Virus record (IMG/VR): IMGVR_UViG_3300009550_000009
Direction: 5' to 3' (one strand)
DNA from: a virus
DNA: 64,000 nucleotides
Shown: positions 1 to 13,100 of the stretch, one piece after another
Numbering within the stretch: position 1 is the first letter of the stretch
Layout of the letters: each line of letters begins with the position of its first letter
Translations under genes and position numbers: made by a program
Notes under the pieces: generated by a model
Seen by the model: only the letters and a program-made list of their open reading frames with translations
Databases searched by the model: none
Told to the model about the DNA's origin: nothing

Positions 1-829
1 GGACATCGATGCAATTAAAGAAAGAATGAAAGGGAAGAAGATAGTCTTCTGTCTTCCCGGTAGAGGATGCTCTTATATCTTTCTCAAGAACTTTGTTCAA
101 CTATGTTTTGACATGGTTCAGAATAATATGAGTATTCAAATATCTCAAGATTATTCATCTATGGTAAACTTTGCTCGATGTAAAGTTCTTGGAGCAAATG
201 TTTTAAGAGGCCCCAATCAAGTTCCTTGGGATGGAAAACTTGAGTATGACTATCAGTTATGGATTGATAGTGATATTGTTTTTGATACTGGTAAGTTTTG
301 GCAACTATGCGATTTAGCATTTCCTGCTGCAGCAGTTACAAAAGAAGATGTAATTGAACAGGTCAAAGATAACAAAGGAGAGTTAGTTACTGATGACGAA
401 GGTAATGTTAAAACTCAAATTACAGGACAGAAAGTATCAGTTGATAATTCTAAACTAAATGGAATTGTTGCTGGTTGGTATGCTACCGAAGACGGTGCGA
501 CAACCTCTGTTGCACATTGGTTAGAGGAAGATGACTTCCGTAAGAATGGTGGAGTGATGAATCATGAAACTGTTGAAACCATGGGCAAACGTAAAAAACC
601 ATTCACAGTAGATTACACAGGCTTTGGTTGGGTGATGATTCAGAACGGAGTTTTTGAACAACTGAAGTATCCATGGTTTGCTCCTCAGATGCAAATCTTT
701 GAATCAGGTGAAGTTCAAGACATGTGTGGTGAAGACGTATCATTCTGTTTAGATGCACAGGAAAAGGGATTTGAGATCTGGTGCGATCCTCGCATTCGTG
801 TCGGTCATGAGAAGACAAGGATAATCTAG
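1..829 (+). CDS. Conserved cyanomyovirus GT-A (GT2-like) glycosyltransferase-fold protein; frame is open from the window start, so probably 5'-truncated
   Basis: WIDSDIVF DxD motif, TGFGWVMI, GEDVSFC and DPRIRVGHEK segments typical of this family; frame open upstream of the ATG at 26. Confidence 0.7.
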   Translation, partial: DIDAIKERMKGKKIVFCLPGRGCSYIFLKNFVQLCFDMVQNNMSIQISQDYSSMVNFARCKVLGANVLRGPNQVPWDGKLEYDYQLWIDSDIVFDTGKFWQLCDLAFPAAAVTKEDVIEQVKDNKGELVTDDEGNVKTQITGQKVSVDNSKLNGIVAGWYATEDGATTSVAHWLEEDDFRKNGGVMNHETVETMGKRKKPFTVDYTGFGWVMIQNGVFEQLKYPWFAPQMQIFESGEVQDMCGEDVSFCLDAQEKGFEIWCDPRIRVGHEKTRII

Positions 830-909
830 TGGTTATTTCTTTCTTTGCAATCTTACTAATACTTTTTATAATATTAGTATTAGTAACTTATTATAATCCA
901 CATCGTTAA
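829..909 (+). CDS. Putative 26-aa single-TM peptide (VVISFFAILLILFIILVLVTYYNPHR)
   Basis: GTG start overlaps the upstream TAG (TAGTG); strongly hydrophobic; too short for the ORF track. Confidence 0.4.
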   Translation: MVISFFAILLILFIILVLVTYYNPHR

Positions 910-967
910 CGACCGCGTTTTCTCGAAAAGAATAAACGTATTAAATAGTATAACTCCTTAATTTTAT

Positions 968-1642
968 ATGGCTTGCCTCTTTGCGAACCTTCCTGCCTAC
1001 GAAGTATGGGTGAGAAAGGAATATTTAACGGATCATAAGAGTGGGCATGGAGAATTTGTCAAGGGCGTTTGGGTATCTGTAAAATCAATACCCGGACGTG
1101 CTTTTTATTTTGAAACATACTTACCTGAGTATGCTGCAATGTATGACAAGTTACCCATATCCGCGTTCGTCTCGTCACCTGAGAAACCTGATCCTGATAT
1201 GACACTTCATAATTTACAGTTTTGGAACTGTATGGACTATGGTGTTGCGGTAATTCAAAAACAATTTGTCGGATCAATGCATTACGAAGTCTATACAAGA
1301 GACTACGGAACACAAACCGGCACTTATATATGCACAATTGATAATTATCATCAAGATCCTGATGCAATTGATTATTCAACAAGTGAAAACCCAGCTGAAC
1401 ACAAGTCTCATAACCTAATTGAACTTGATAATGGTCAGTTTTGCCTCTATCCAAACAATCGAACACGTATTTACGACAACAGTTTGACACCAGAAGAACC
1501 TACAATGCCTGATTTCAAGGTTTCAACGGTTTACTATCAGGTTGAGAACGGTCATGATCGTGATGGATTGGGAAATGATGAGAATTATTTCTGGAAAACA
1601 GCAAAAGAACGTAAACAAGACGAAGAAATTCCCGAATTCTAA
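968..1642 (+). CDS. Conserved hypothetical cyanophage protein
   Basis: 224-aa ORF; family usually found just upstream of g25 in cyanomyoviruses; TTAAATA late-like box at about 941. Confidence 0.75.
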   Translation: MACLFANLPAYEVWVRKEYLTDHKSGHGEFVKGVWVSVKSIPGRAFYFETYLPEYAAMYDKLPISAFVSSPEKPDPDMTLHNLQFWNCMDYGVAVIQKQFVGSMHYEVYTRDYGTQTGTYICTIDNYHQDPDAIDYSTSENPAEHKSHNLIELDNGQFCLYPNNRTRIYDNSLTPEEPTMPDFKVSTVYYQVENGHDRDGLGNDENYFWKTAKERKQDEEIPEF

Positions 1643-1800
1643 TGGAAACAAACGATTTTTTAGACAATCTTGCGAATCATCAATACCAAAAGATGCTTCG
1701 TGAGATTAATAATGATGATTTAACACCTAAAAAGAGTGATACAGTTGAAGAAAGTGAGATTTTTCCTAACGAAGAAAAACCTAAACCACTTTATGAGTAA
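1642..1800 (+). CDS. Small acidic hypothetical protein (52 aa, METNDFLDNLANHQYQKM...)
   Basis: ATG overlaps the upstream TAA (TAATG); fills the gap exactly. Confidence 0.6.
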   Translation: METNDFLDNLANHQYQKMLREINNDDLTPKKSDTVEESEIFPNEEKPKPLYE

Positions 1801-1807
1801 AAACCGT

Positions 1808-1815
1808 GATAAATA
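1808..1815 (+). promoter_or_regulatory. T4-type late promoter (GATAAATA)
   Basis: NATAAATA about 20 nt upstream of g25. Confidence 0.7.
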
Positions 1816-1836
1816 AGATAGGTCTACTACATCTAT

Positions 1837-2238
1837 ATGCCTCTTGAACGGGTAAAACAAGAATTTAAAGACATAAGTATGTCATTTCAGACTAATCCTC
1901 TGAATGATGACCTTGTAGCATTGAAAAATGCGAATGCAATTGCAAGGTCAATTCGTAATATCGTCTTTACTGAACCCGGTGAGAAGTTTTTTAATCCAGA
2001 TTTTGGATCAAGAATCACAAAATCACTATTTGAGAACGTAGATGAGATTGCTGCATCTGCAATTAAAGATGAAATAGAGTTTTCAATTCAAGAATTTGAA
2101 CCAAGAGTTGAATTGATCGAAGTTACAGTGGTTCCTAACTTCGACAGTAACGAAATGAATGCAACAATTGTATATGAAATAGTAGGAATTGATGTTCCAC
2201 CACAACAATTAGAATTCGTGTTACTGCCGACAAGATAA
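1837..2238 (+). CDS. gp25: Baseplate wedge subunit gp25
   Basis: FKDISMSF, PGEKFFNPDFGS and EPRV motifs; position before gp6. Confidence 0.95.
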   Translation: MPLERVKQEFKDISMSFQTNPLNDDLVALKNANAIARSIRNIVFTEPGEKFFNPDFGSRITKSLFENVDEIAASAIKDEIEFSIQEFEPRVELIEVTVVPNFDSNEMNATIVYEIVGIDVPPQQLEFVLLPTR

Positions 2239-4170
2239 ATGACACTTAAAAATTTTACAAATCTCGATTTTGATCAAATAAAACAGTCATTAAAGGATTA
2301 TTTACAAAATAATTCTAAATTTACTGACTATGATTTTGAAGGATCCAACTTATCAACAATATTAGACGTTCTAGCATATAATACTTACATCACATCTTAT
2401 AATGCAAACATGATATCGAATGAAGTTTTCATCGATTCAGCAACTTTGCGTGAAAATGTGGTTGCATTAGCAAGAAATATAGGTTATGTCCCTCGTTCTA
2501 AGAAATCTTCAAGGGCATTACTTACATTTTTTGCAGATATTTCTTCAGTTTCCCCATCTCCATCAAATTTAACACTTCGTAAAGGGCCTGTTGCAGCAGT
2601 TGATGCACCATTTGGTCAACAATCGTTTGTTTTTAGCATACCTGAAGATAAAACTATCTCAGTTTTTGATGGAATTGCAGAATTTGACGATCTTGAGGTG
2701 TTTGAAGGAACAGTTTTAGATCAAACGTTTACATTTTCATCAAGAAATCGCTTTCAAAAGTTTATATTACCAAATACTGGAATAGATTTAGACACTTTAG
2801 TTGTAAAAGTCAAACCTTCAGCTGATTCTACAGTGTCAATTAAGTATGAAAGGCATGATAATTTGTTTGATGATGACACAGGATCAATAATTAATGGAAA
2901 TTCTAACATTTATTTCTTACAAGAGGTTTCAAGTGAGCAATATGAGTTAATATTTGGTGATAATATCTTTGGAAAGGCACTTCAAGATGGAAATGTCATC
3001 GAAGTTTCATATATTGTAACCTCTGGTGACGCTGCAAACGGTATAAATTCATTTAATTATGCAGGAAGTTTATATTATACTCGAAATTCAGTTGAAATAA
3101 ACGTAACGACCGGGATTTCTTTGATTACAAGTCCACTTTCATCAAGTGGAGGAGAGTCAATTGAATCTGTTGACTCAATTCGTAAGTTTGCACCTCAAAT
3201 TTATGCAACTCAGAACCGTGCTTTAAGTGCAAATGACTTTGAAGTGTTGATTCCCAATAAAATTTACCCTGAAACTGAATCAATTTCAGTTTTTGGTGGT
3301 GAAGATCTTGTTCCTCCTCAGTTTGGAAAGGTTTTTATAAGCATCAAACCAAGAAATGGTGATTTTGTTCCAAATTTAATCAAACAAAACATAAAAAGAG
3401 ATTTGAAAAAGTATTCTGTAGCAGGAATTGTTCCAGAAATACTAGATTTGAAGTATTTGTTTGTTGAAACTAACAGTAAAGTGTATTATAACACAAATTT
3501 AGCACCAAGTGCGTCATTTGTTTCGACAAAAGTTCAACGTGATATTACAAAATACGCAGAATCTTCTGAATTAAACAAATATGGAGCTAGATTTAAGTAT
3601 AGTAAGTTTTTAAAAGTGATTGATCAGAGTCATGAATCAGTTACTTCTAATATTACAACTGTTGAAATGAGAAGAGATCTCCGATTAGCAGTTTTAGAGA
3701 CTGCTGAGTATGCAATTGACTTTGGAAATCAGTTTCATATCAAATCAATGAATGGTTTTAATATTAGAACGAGCGCATTTCGTGTTTCAAATATAAACAC
3801 TGATGTTTACTTATATGACGTTCCAAATGCAAATGGGGAAACTGGTCAAATCAATCTATTTTCATTGAATGCTGGAACATCAACACCAGTAATACAAAGA
3901 AGAAATATAGGTGTTATAAATTATGTTACAGGTAGGATTACATTAGATCCAATAAATATTATTTCAGGTAAAACAAAAGATAATGTTCAAATTATGGAGA
4001 TATCTGTATCTCCTGAATCGAACGATATTATCGGATTACAGGATCTTTATTTGCGACTAGATAGTAGTGTTGTAGATACAGTCGTTGATGATATTAGTTC
4101 TGGTATTGACCCATCTGGATCAAATTACACAGTCACCACAAGTTATTCTCAAGGAAACATCATAAGATAA
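2239..4170 (+). CDS. gp6: Baseplate wedge subunit gp6
   Basis: LDFDQIK..DYDFEGS..LDVLAYNT..SATLRENVV N-terminus; QNRA; GKVFISIKP. Confidence 0.95.
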   Translation: MTLKNFTNLDFDQIKQSLKDYLQNNSKFTDYDFEGSNLSTILDVLAYNTYITSYNANMISNEVFIDSATLRENVVALARNIGYVPRSKKSSRALLTFFADISSVSPSPSNLTLRKGPVAAVDAPFGQQSFVFSIPEDKTISVFDGIAEFDDLEVFEGTVLDQTFTFSSRNRFQKFILPNTGIDLDTLVVKVKPSADSTVSIKYERHDNLFDDDTGSIINGNSNIYFLQEVSSEQYELIFGDNIFGKALQDGNVIEVSYIVTSGDAANGINSFNYAGSLYYTRNSVEINVTTGISLITSPLSSSGGESIESVDSIRKFAPQIYATQNRALSANDFEVLIPNKIYPETESISVFGGEDLVPPQFGKVFISIKPRNGDFVPNLIKQNIKRDLKKYSVAGIVPEILDLKYLFVETNSKVYYNTNLAPSASFVSTKVQRDITKYAESSELNKYGARFKYSKFLKVIDQSHESVTSNITTVEMRRDLRLAVLETAEYAIDFGNQFHIKSMNGFNIRTSAFRVSNINTDVYLYDVPNANGETGQINLFSLNAGTSTPVIQRRNIGVINYVTGRITLDPINIISGKTKDNVQIMEISVSPESNDIIGLQDLYLRLDSSVVDTVVDDISSGIDPSGSNYTVTTSYSQGNIIR

Positions 4171-4171
4171 G

Positions 4172-7100
4172 ATGTCAGAAAAAAGAGTTAAGTTAAATCA
4201 GATTGTAAAAAATCAACTTCCTTCCTATGTGAGGGAGGATTTTCCATTAGTTGGTGATTTTTTATCCCAATACTATCTTGGACAAGAGTATCAAGGTGGG
4301 CCAATTGATCTTATTCAAAATATTGACTCTTATATTAAATTAAATGAATCTGCAAACAATGTAAAGACAACAACTACATCTAAAACTGTTGGAATATCTT
4401 CTGATATTATTTTTGTTGCAAATACAAATGGATTTCCTGATCAAAATGGGTTGTTAAAGATAAATGATGAGATAATCACATATGAAAGTAAGACAGATAT
4501 AAGTTTTGTTAATTGTTCTAGAGGTTTTAGTGGTATTACTTCATTCACTAATCCATCTGACCCTGAAGATTTAGTTTTTTCTTCATCATTAACCACAAAT
4601 CATGAAAAAGACACTGTAGTTGAAAACTTAAGTGTTTTATTTTTAGATGAATTTTTAAAAAAGACAAAAAATCAATTTTTATACGGTTTTCAAAAAGATT
4701 TATCAACAAATTTAAACCAAGCTCAATTTTTAAGGCAATCAAAAGACTTTTATTCAACAAGAGGAACTGATGATTCGTTTAAAATACTGTTTGGTGCTCT
4801 GTATGGCGAACATGCAAGCATTATAAGACCTATTGACAATGTTATATCACCATCAAACGCTAATTACCGAGTAACCAAGGATATTATAGTTGAACCAGTT
4901 GAAGGTGATCCAGAAAATTTGTTAAACAAGACTCTTTTTCAAGATTTGTTTGAAAATGTATCAAAAGCATATGCACCAATATCAAATATTGAAAAAATCT
5001 CGGTTGGAATACTTACAAACACATATTATAAGATTAGTTTAGATGGATCGTTCAATCAAGGTGATGGATCAACTGAATTATTGTATGGAAATTTTTCTGA
5101 ACATGCAAAAACAAAGATTATTGGACAAGTTGGTATAGCACAGACATTTTTAGATGTTGATTCTACATTAGGGTTTCCAAATTCAGGAACTTTAACTTTT
5201 GCATATGAGAACGGAAGTATCGGTGTCTGCACTTATGCACAAAAAACAATAAATCAATTTTTAGGAATCAATACAACTGGAATTACTGCAACAATTTCTG
5301 ATAATACGTTTATTGATCAGAATACTTTTGCATATGCTGAAGATAATGGTGTTCAAGATGGAATTAAATTAAAAATACGTTCAGTTTTAAACAATTTAGA
5401 TTTACCAATCGAAACTTATTATCAATTATCTGGTTCAAAGGTAAAAATAAAATCTTTAGGTAAGATAGCAGATGGTTTTAAGGAAAATGGGTGGTTATTC
5501 AACACAGCTCAAAGTTATGTTGTAAAAAACTTAAGTATAGTTGATTCTGTTAATAATACATTTAAACTTGTTACTCAAGATGTCAATATTTTAAGAATTG
5601 GTGATAAAATTACAACTCATGAAACACAGTCATCAGGTGCTCAATGGGGTGATAAAATAACAGATGGATTTGATCCCGTTTCAAATAAAATTTATACTGT
5701 TACTGATGTTTTCGATGAAAATACTTGTTTGATAACTGGAACAGGTATTTCTGATCCAACAAAAGTTACAAAAGTAACTCGTCGAATATCAAAAATTGAT
5801 TCTGACCTACATCCAGATTTAAACCAGTTTACTGCTAATATTCAAAACGTATATCTTAAACCAGATATTGGATTAGTTAGAGGTGTGCCATATTATGGCC
5901 CATCACATCAGCACAAAGGTAAAAGCATGGTGGGAGCACAACATGTTCCTTTTCCTCATGATTTTATTATACCAGATCCTAATTCAAACAAAGTTTTAGT
6001 TGCATCTTCATCATTACCCTTTACTGGTGTTACAAAATTAAATCCTAAACTTCAAAAATTTACTTTTAGTGGAACTTACGATTTAAATGACGAAGAAATA
6101 AAAATTACTGATCAAGTTGATCATAACTACTTCACTGGTGATAAAGTTTACTACACACCTGAAAAGACAAAAATAACAAATACACTACCTGATGGAACAG
6201 AGGTAGTTCAAGAGTTTATTGCAAGTCAACTATTTGATGAAGGATTATATTTCATAAAGAGAGTTAATGGTAATACTGTAAAGTTTGCAAAGAGTCAATC
6301 AGATATTAATGGTGATAATTTTGTAAAGGTTAAAACTCCAAATGGTGTTGATAACGTTACTATCACTTCTAATGATATTGAAAAGTTTGAATATCAAGGA
6401 AAGAAAATAGAAACTCAAAAACTTTTCAGAGAATTTAAAACACCAATAAATGATGGGGTATCATATCCTACAACATCAGGTTATACAGGTCTTTTAGTCA
6501 ATGGTGTAGAGGTATTAAATTACAAATCAAAAAATTCTGTTTTTTATGGACAGTTAAAAAGTATTGATGTTGTTAAAGGTGGAGAAAATTATGATGTTAT
6601 CAATCCACCAGTTTTATCCATTACAGATTCCGTAGGAACAGCAGCGACTGGAAAATGTTCCGTTAAAGGAAGTTTTAAAGAAATTAAAATATTAGAATCT
6701 GGATTTGATTATATCGAAAATCCGGTTATAAAAATAACAGGAGGAAATGGTATCGGGGCAAATGCTGTTCCAAAGTTAAGTATCGTTCCGCATGAATCAG
6801 TATTTAATGCAGATGGTGTAGGATTAGGAACTGTAAACATTGGAGTTGTTACAGCTACCACTGCAGGTGTAAATACATCTTCAATAGGATTTAGCACCTA
6901 TCACAGGTTTAGACAGGGTGAGAGGGTCGTATATGATACTCTGGGGGGTATTCCATTAGTTGGGTTGACTACAGATTCAACTTACTATGTTAATAGTGTT
7001 TCGGAATATACAATCAAACTTCATAAAACATATTCTGATTCTGTAACTGGTATTAATACTATTTCGATTTCTAATTTTGGAAATGGAGTTCAGTCATTTA

Positions 7101-10100
7101 AATCATTAAATGGAAAGGCAATTGTTAGTTCAATTGCATTATTAGATAATGGTGTAGGTTATGAAAATAAAGAAAGAACTTGTAATTCAATTGGAATTAA
7201 CACAGCATTAGATTCAATTAACATTCCTGATCACGGATTCCAAACAGGTGAGACTCTTCGTTATTCGGTTGATGGAACAACAATAGATGGATTGGTTACA
7301 ACAATAGATTACTTAGTTTCAATTGTTGATGAAGATAATTTTAAACTAGCAGCTGCGGGTGTTGGAACAACCTCTAAAGATTTTTACTTAAAAACAAATC
7401 AATTCCAAGAATTAAGAAGTGTAGGGTTAGGAACTCATAAATTTAACTACCCACCAATAAGTGTAGAAATAATTGGTAAAGTAGGTTTATCATCAGTAGC
7501 AGGAAAAACATATGATGCTGTGTTACAACCACATGTTAGAGGAGAAATAACATCAGTTAACTTAACAAATAACGGTGTAGGATATGGTGCTTCAGAAATT
7601 ATAAACTTTGACAGGAAACCTGACATCAATTTAAATTCTGGACGTAATGCTGTCTTAACTCCTGTTGTCGCTAATGGTAGAATAGTTGATGTTAGTGTAA
7701 GTTTTGGAGGAACTGATTATAACTCTCCACCAGATCTAGTTGTATTAGGAATTGGATCTGATGCTAAATTAACTCCTGAGTTAAATTCAGCGGGTAATAT
7801 TGTTTCAGTTAATATTCAAAGTGGTGGTGTAGGATATGGAGTATCATCAACATTCATAAGAATAGATCCTGCAGGAAAAGGATTTAAAGGTGATCCTGTT
7901 TTACAGTCGTGGACAATTAACGAAATAAAGAAAAATGAATTAAACTTGAACGATGATGATGTTTTCATAAGTTCTCCTGTTAATTCGGAGTATGGATTGC
8001 AGTGTTCTTATGCATATGCTCCACGTAATCTTAGACAAATATCTTATGCAAGTGATGCTGATGGAAATATTCTTTATGGTAAGAAAGATTTAAAGATTGT
8101 TAATGGAGTTGAGTCTGACAGTGATTCACATTCTCCAATACTTGGTTATGCCTATGATGGTAATCCAATATATGGGCCTTTTGGTTTTGTTAATAAAACC
8201 GGTGGTAATATTGTTCAATTAGAGTCTGGGTATAGTGAAGAAGCAAATAAAAAATCAAATAGACCGCCAACAAGTATTTTCCCACCAGAATTTTTTATTG
8301 AAGATTTTACATATAATCCATCAGATAACGATGCTGTATTAGATGAAAACAATGGTAGATTTTGTATCACACCAGAATTTCCAAAAGGAACATATGCATA
8401 CTTTGCTACTTTTGATACGACTCCTGCATCAGATGGTATATTCAAAAATTTCAAAAAACCAAAGTTCCCTTATTTGATTGGTGATAGTTTTAAATCACAA
8501 CCAAATAATTTCAACTTTAATAGATTATCTAATCAAGATAACTATGATCTTGAAAAATCAAATTGTGTAAGAAACACATATCCATATTCATTTAATAAAG
8601 ATTTTAGTGGTTATGATTATATCTTACAATCAAATCAGTTTGTAACACAAGACTCTACAATTAATTTTGCAGAAAAAGGCGGTGTCGATAGAGTTGGTAT
8701 TTTATCAGCAGGTAGAAACTATCAAGTCAATGATAAACTTGTTTTTGATGACAGCATTACATCATCATTCAATGCATCAGGTAAAGTAAGTAGAATAAAA
8801 GGCCCTGATATTTCTGAGATAAGTGTTGTTACAACAACTAAGGAAAATATAGAATTTTTCCCAGATTCAAAAAATACATTTGTTTGAATTGCTACAACAA
8901 GTATTAACTTACAAAATAATACAATCGTAAATGTTGGTTCTCTATCAACAACAACAACTTCTTTACAAGGGTCTTATGCAATAGGAATTACTTCAGATAG
9001 ACTTATACTATCTCAAGGTATTGGAACAGCAGCAGCAACTGGTGTTGTTACCTTTTTCCCTGTTGTAGGTGATTTGAGAAGAATAAAGGAAAATGATAGA
9101 TTCAAAGTTGGTATTGGAACAGAAGTAATAAAAGTATTGAATGTAGATCGTAGATTGGCAAGAATAAGAGTTTTAAGATCACAAAGTGGAATTGCAACTA
9201 ATATTGGAATATCTCATACAGCATCAACAATTCTTGAAGAAATACCAAGAACATTTAAAATAACAACAGGATTTACAACATCAGTTGATTTAAAAGAGAA
9301 TAGAGAATACTATTTTGATCCTGAAGAAGCAGTAGGTTTTGGAACTACATCTGGTGTAGGTGTGGGAACATTTAGATCATTTAGCAATCCCGGAGCTGGA
9401 ATTACTGGCATATTCATACCAAGTCAGTCATTATACATTCCGGGTCATGGATTAAAAACTGGTGATGTTGTTACATATCAAACAACAGGAACAGCTCTTA
9501 AAGTCAAATTTAAAAGCACAGTCCCAACTGTTAACTCAACTTTATTTGTTGACTCACCACTCTTTGTAGCAAATCAAGCAACTAATTTTATAGGTCTATC
9601 AACTGTTAGAATTGGATTAGGATCTACTGGGTTTGTTGGAATTGGATCAACTTTAGCAGGAGCAGAATTAGTATATTTCCTAGATGCTGGTGCGGGTGAT
9701 ATTCATAGTCTTAAGACAAAATTTGATAATGTCATCACTGGACAAATTCAGAAGAATCAAGTATCTGTAGTTGGAACAGCAACACATGGTTTAAAAAATA
9801 ATGATACTGTATTCATCGATGTAAATCCCGGTTTAACAACCACTGTTACAGTTAAATACAATGTTTCAAATAGAAAAGTAGTATTCAATCCTTTATCTTA
9901 CAATGACTCTGGTATTACATCAGCAACATCTTTAACTGGTATTCCGAATACAATTAATATAAGTGATCATGGTCTTACAACTGGTCAAAAAGTTATTCAT
10001 ACATTTAGTGGTTCAGAAAGTTCTTTAGTTAATGATAAAGAATATTACGTATATGTTGTAGATAGCGATAAAATATCACTTGTCGAAAATAAATATGAGG

Positions 10101-13100
10101 TCAAAAAATTAAAACCAGATTTTGTAAAAGTTGCTATAACAACAGCTGGAACTCTATCACCTGTCAATCCTCCAGTTAAATTCTATAGAGACTCGACTGT
10201 TAATTTTGATTTATCTGATTCTTCTTTATCATATGTTCAAAGTTCAACAAGTTATCCTGCATTTAAATTTGAGTTATACAAGGATGTAAATTTAAGTCAA
10301 AATTATGAAACAAGTGGAAAGACTGATACTTTTGAAGTAACAAGAACAGGAACAACTGGTGTTACATCAAATGCAAAACTAACTTTAAAAGTAGACAAAA
10401 ATACACCAAAATTATTATACTACAAATTAGTTGCAGTTAATAGTAATGACAATACAAATGAAAATAAAGAAATAGTTGTAGATAATGAAATTGATTTAAA
10501 TAATCAACTCATTATTAAAAACAGTGAATATAACGGCCAATTTAACATTGTATCAACAGGGAATACAACATTCATATATGATATAAGTTCAATTCCCGAA
10601 TCTACATCATATACATCATCATCATCTAAATTAAAATATTCTACAATATCAACAACAGCGTATGGTGGGATTGATCAACTATTCCTTACTGATCGTGGTG
10701 GTGGATATCTTTCTATTCCCGGAATCACAACTATTACATCGGATGTTGGAGATGGTGCAATAATTGAAACATTTAGTTCAACAATAGGTAAAGTATCAAA
10801 AACTACTTTAGAAAATATAGGTTTTGACTATCCATCAGATCCTACTTTAAGACCAGACGTATTATTTCCACAAGTATTAAGAATAACTCCTCTAACAGGA
10901 TTTAGATCAATTGGAATTACATCACTCGGTGTTGGATATATTCAAGATCCAAATCTCGTGGTTATTGATGGTCTAACTAAAAAACAAATTACTGATGTTG
11001 ATTTAAGATTCAATCCTGATGAATTATTTGTAGAGATTTTGGAAAATAGTGAGTCGATGAATGCATCAACTCCAACAATTATTCCTACAGGTAATTCTAA
11101 TGGAATAAGAGTTTCAAATTTAACATATACTGCCACAGATAATTCTGTTACTGCAACTATTAAAAATTCATTTAGTGGTGTAGTTGGTTTTTCTGGAACA
11201 TTTATAGATCCCTTCCCATTTACTGTTGGTGATAAGGTTTTAGTTGAAAATGCTAGTGTAGGTGTCGGATCAACAGCATCTGGATTTAACTCTGCAAATT
11301 ATGATTTTGCTCGATTTGAAATTATCGAGGTAACACCAAACTATGGTGGAATAGGAACGGTCAAATATAGTATGAATGACTATTTGACAAAGAACGTAGA
11401 TTTCCCCGGTGTATTTGACTCTGTAAATTCAGTTACAACATTAATACCCGACAAGTGGTTCCCACAATTTGATATTAAATTACAACCTAATGAGTTTAGG
11501 AAAGGTGATGATGTAGAAAGTGTCGATTCAACTGGAACTAAAATTACAGGAACTGTTTTTGATTGGAATAATTCATCTAAGTATCTAACAGTTGAAAGTT
11601 CTAGAGAATTTGAAAATAGTCAACTTATAGAACAAGTAAGATTTCGTGGTGAGAGAGTTGGAAACAAAACATATTCATCACCAACAGGAGCAAAGGGTTT
11701 AATAAGAGAGATTGTAAAATTTGGTAGTCATTATGATCTTGATTACTTTTCTGAAGTTGAAAATGGATGGGAGTATAAAACTGGTTTCTTAAATGATGAA
11801 TTACAAAGAGTTCATGACAACGATTATTATCAGGCTTTCTCATATTCTATAAAATCAAAAGTTCAAATTAAAGAATGGGAAAATACTGTTAGTTCTTTAA
11901 ATCATACAGCAGGATTTAAAAAGTTTAGTGATCTACAAATCGAGTCTGACCAATTATCATCATCATCGAATAAATTATCTAATATCGATCCTTCAAAAAG
12001 TGTTGTTACAACTTTAGTTGATCTAATTGGTGTAGAAAGTATACACCGTGAATACAATTTTGATCTAGCAACTGAAAATTATTTGATTGGTTTAACAAAA
12101 CCACTATCAGATGAAATAAACTTTAGTTCAAGATTAATCACTGACTTTGCAGAATCTGTTTCAAATAGAGTTGTTCAAATTGATGACTTTAGTAATATCT
12201 TTAATAACAACCCCAGAACAACTCGATATGCAGATGTGTATCGTAATAAACTATCTGATGGTAGAACTCAGATGTTCTTTGCGCTTGTTTCAGATAGATT
12301 GTTTACTGGTGAAAGACAAATAACAATCGTAAATACTCTCCATGATACAGGAAGAGGTCAAACCATGCTTAATCAGTATGGTGATATTGATACTGTTCTT
12401 GATTTAGGATCTTTCGATTATGTTATTGATGGTAATGAATCTGTTTTAAGATACTTCCCAAATAAATTCAAACTTAATAATTATAATGTTGTATTATGGT
12501 CTTATCAAATTGATGCTCAAAAATTAGGTATATCAACTGATACAGTATCATGTGGTAGCACGACCCTTCCAGCAGCACCTGCTAACCCTACAACAGGTCT
12601 TAATGGATCTTTAATAAGTATTGCCACAACTGCCGTTACAATCGCTGGAGGGGCAGCAGGGACGGTCTTCACGCTAGGTGGTATTGGAACAAATATATCC
12701 GGACACAGATCTGCAAAAGTATTAGTTAGTGTTGAAGCTGGTGGTGGAACTTTAAATGGTAGTGTTGAGTATGATCAAGTAAATCTAATACATGATGGGA
12801 CTAATGTTGGATTCCAAGAGTTTGGTCAGTTAACTATTCACTCAGTCGATGCTTACTCGTCAACAGGTAATATAGGAACATACTTCCCATTCATGGATGG
12901 AGATGATCTTGTTCTTTCTTATACTCCAAATGCGGGTATGACAACTGCACATATTAATGCATTGGCGATTGGTATTGCAACAGAAGGTTATATTGGAATC
13001 GGATCATATGATTTCTCATATGCAGAGATGTCTGCACAATCAACTGGTATTTCATCTAGTGCAACACCAATACCTGTAGGTATTGCAAGTTACAGTAATG

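Noticed and set aside
8885-8950. Selenocysteine or genome-wide TGA reassignment
   Set aside because: TGA ends many conserved genes at their expected C-termini; no convincing SECIS hairpin; context suggests Gly, not Cys
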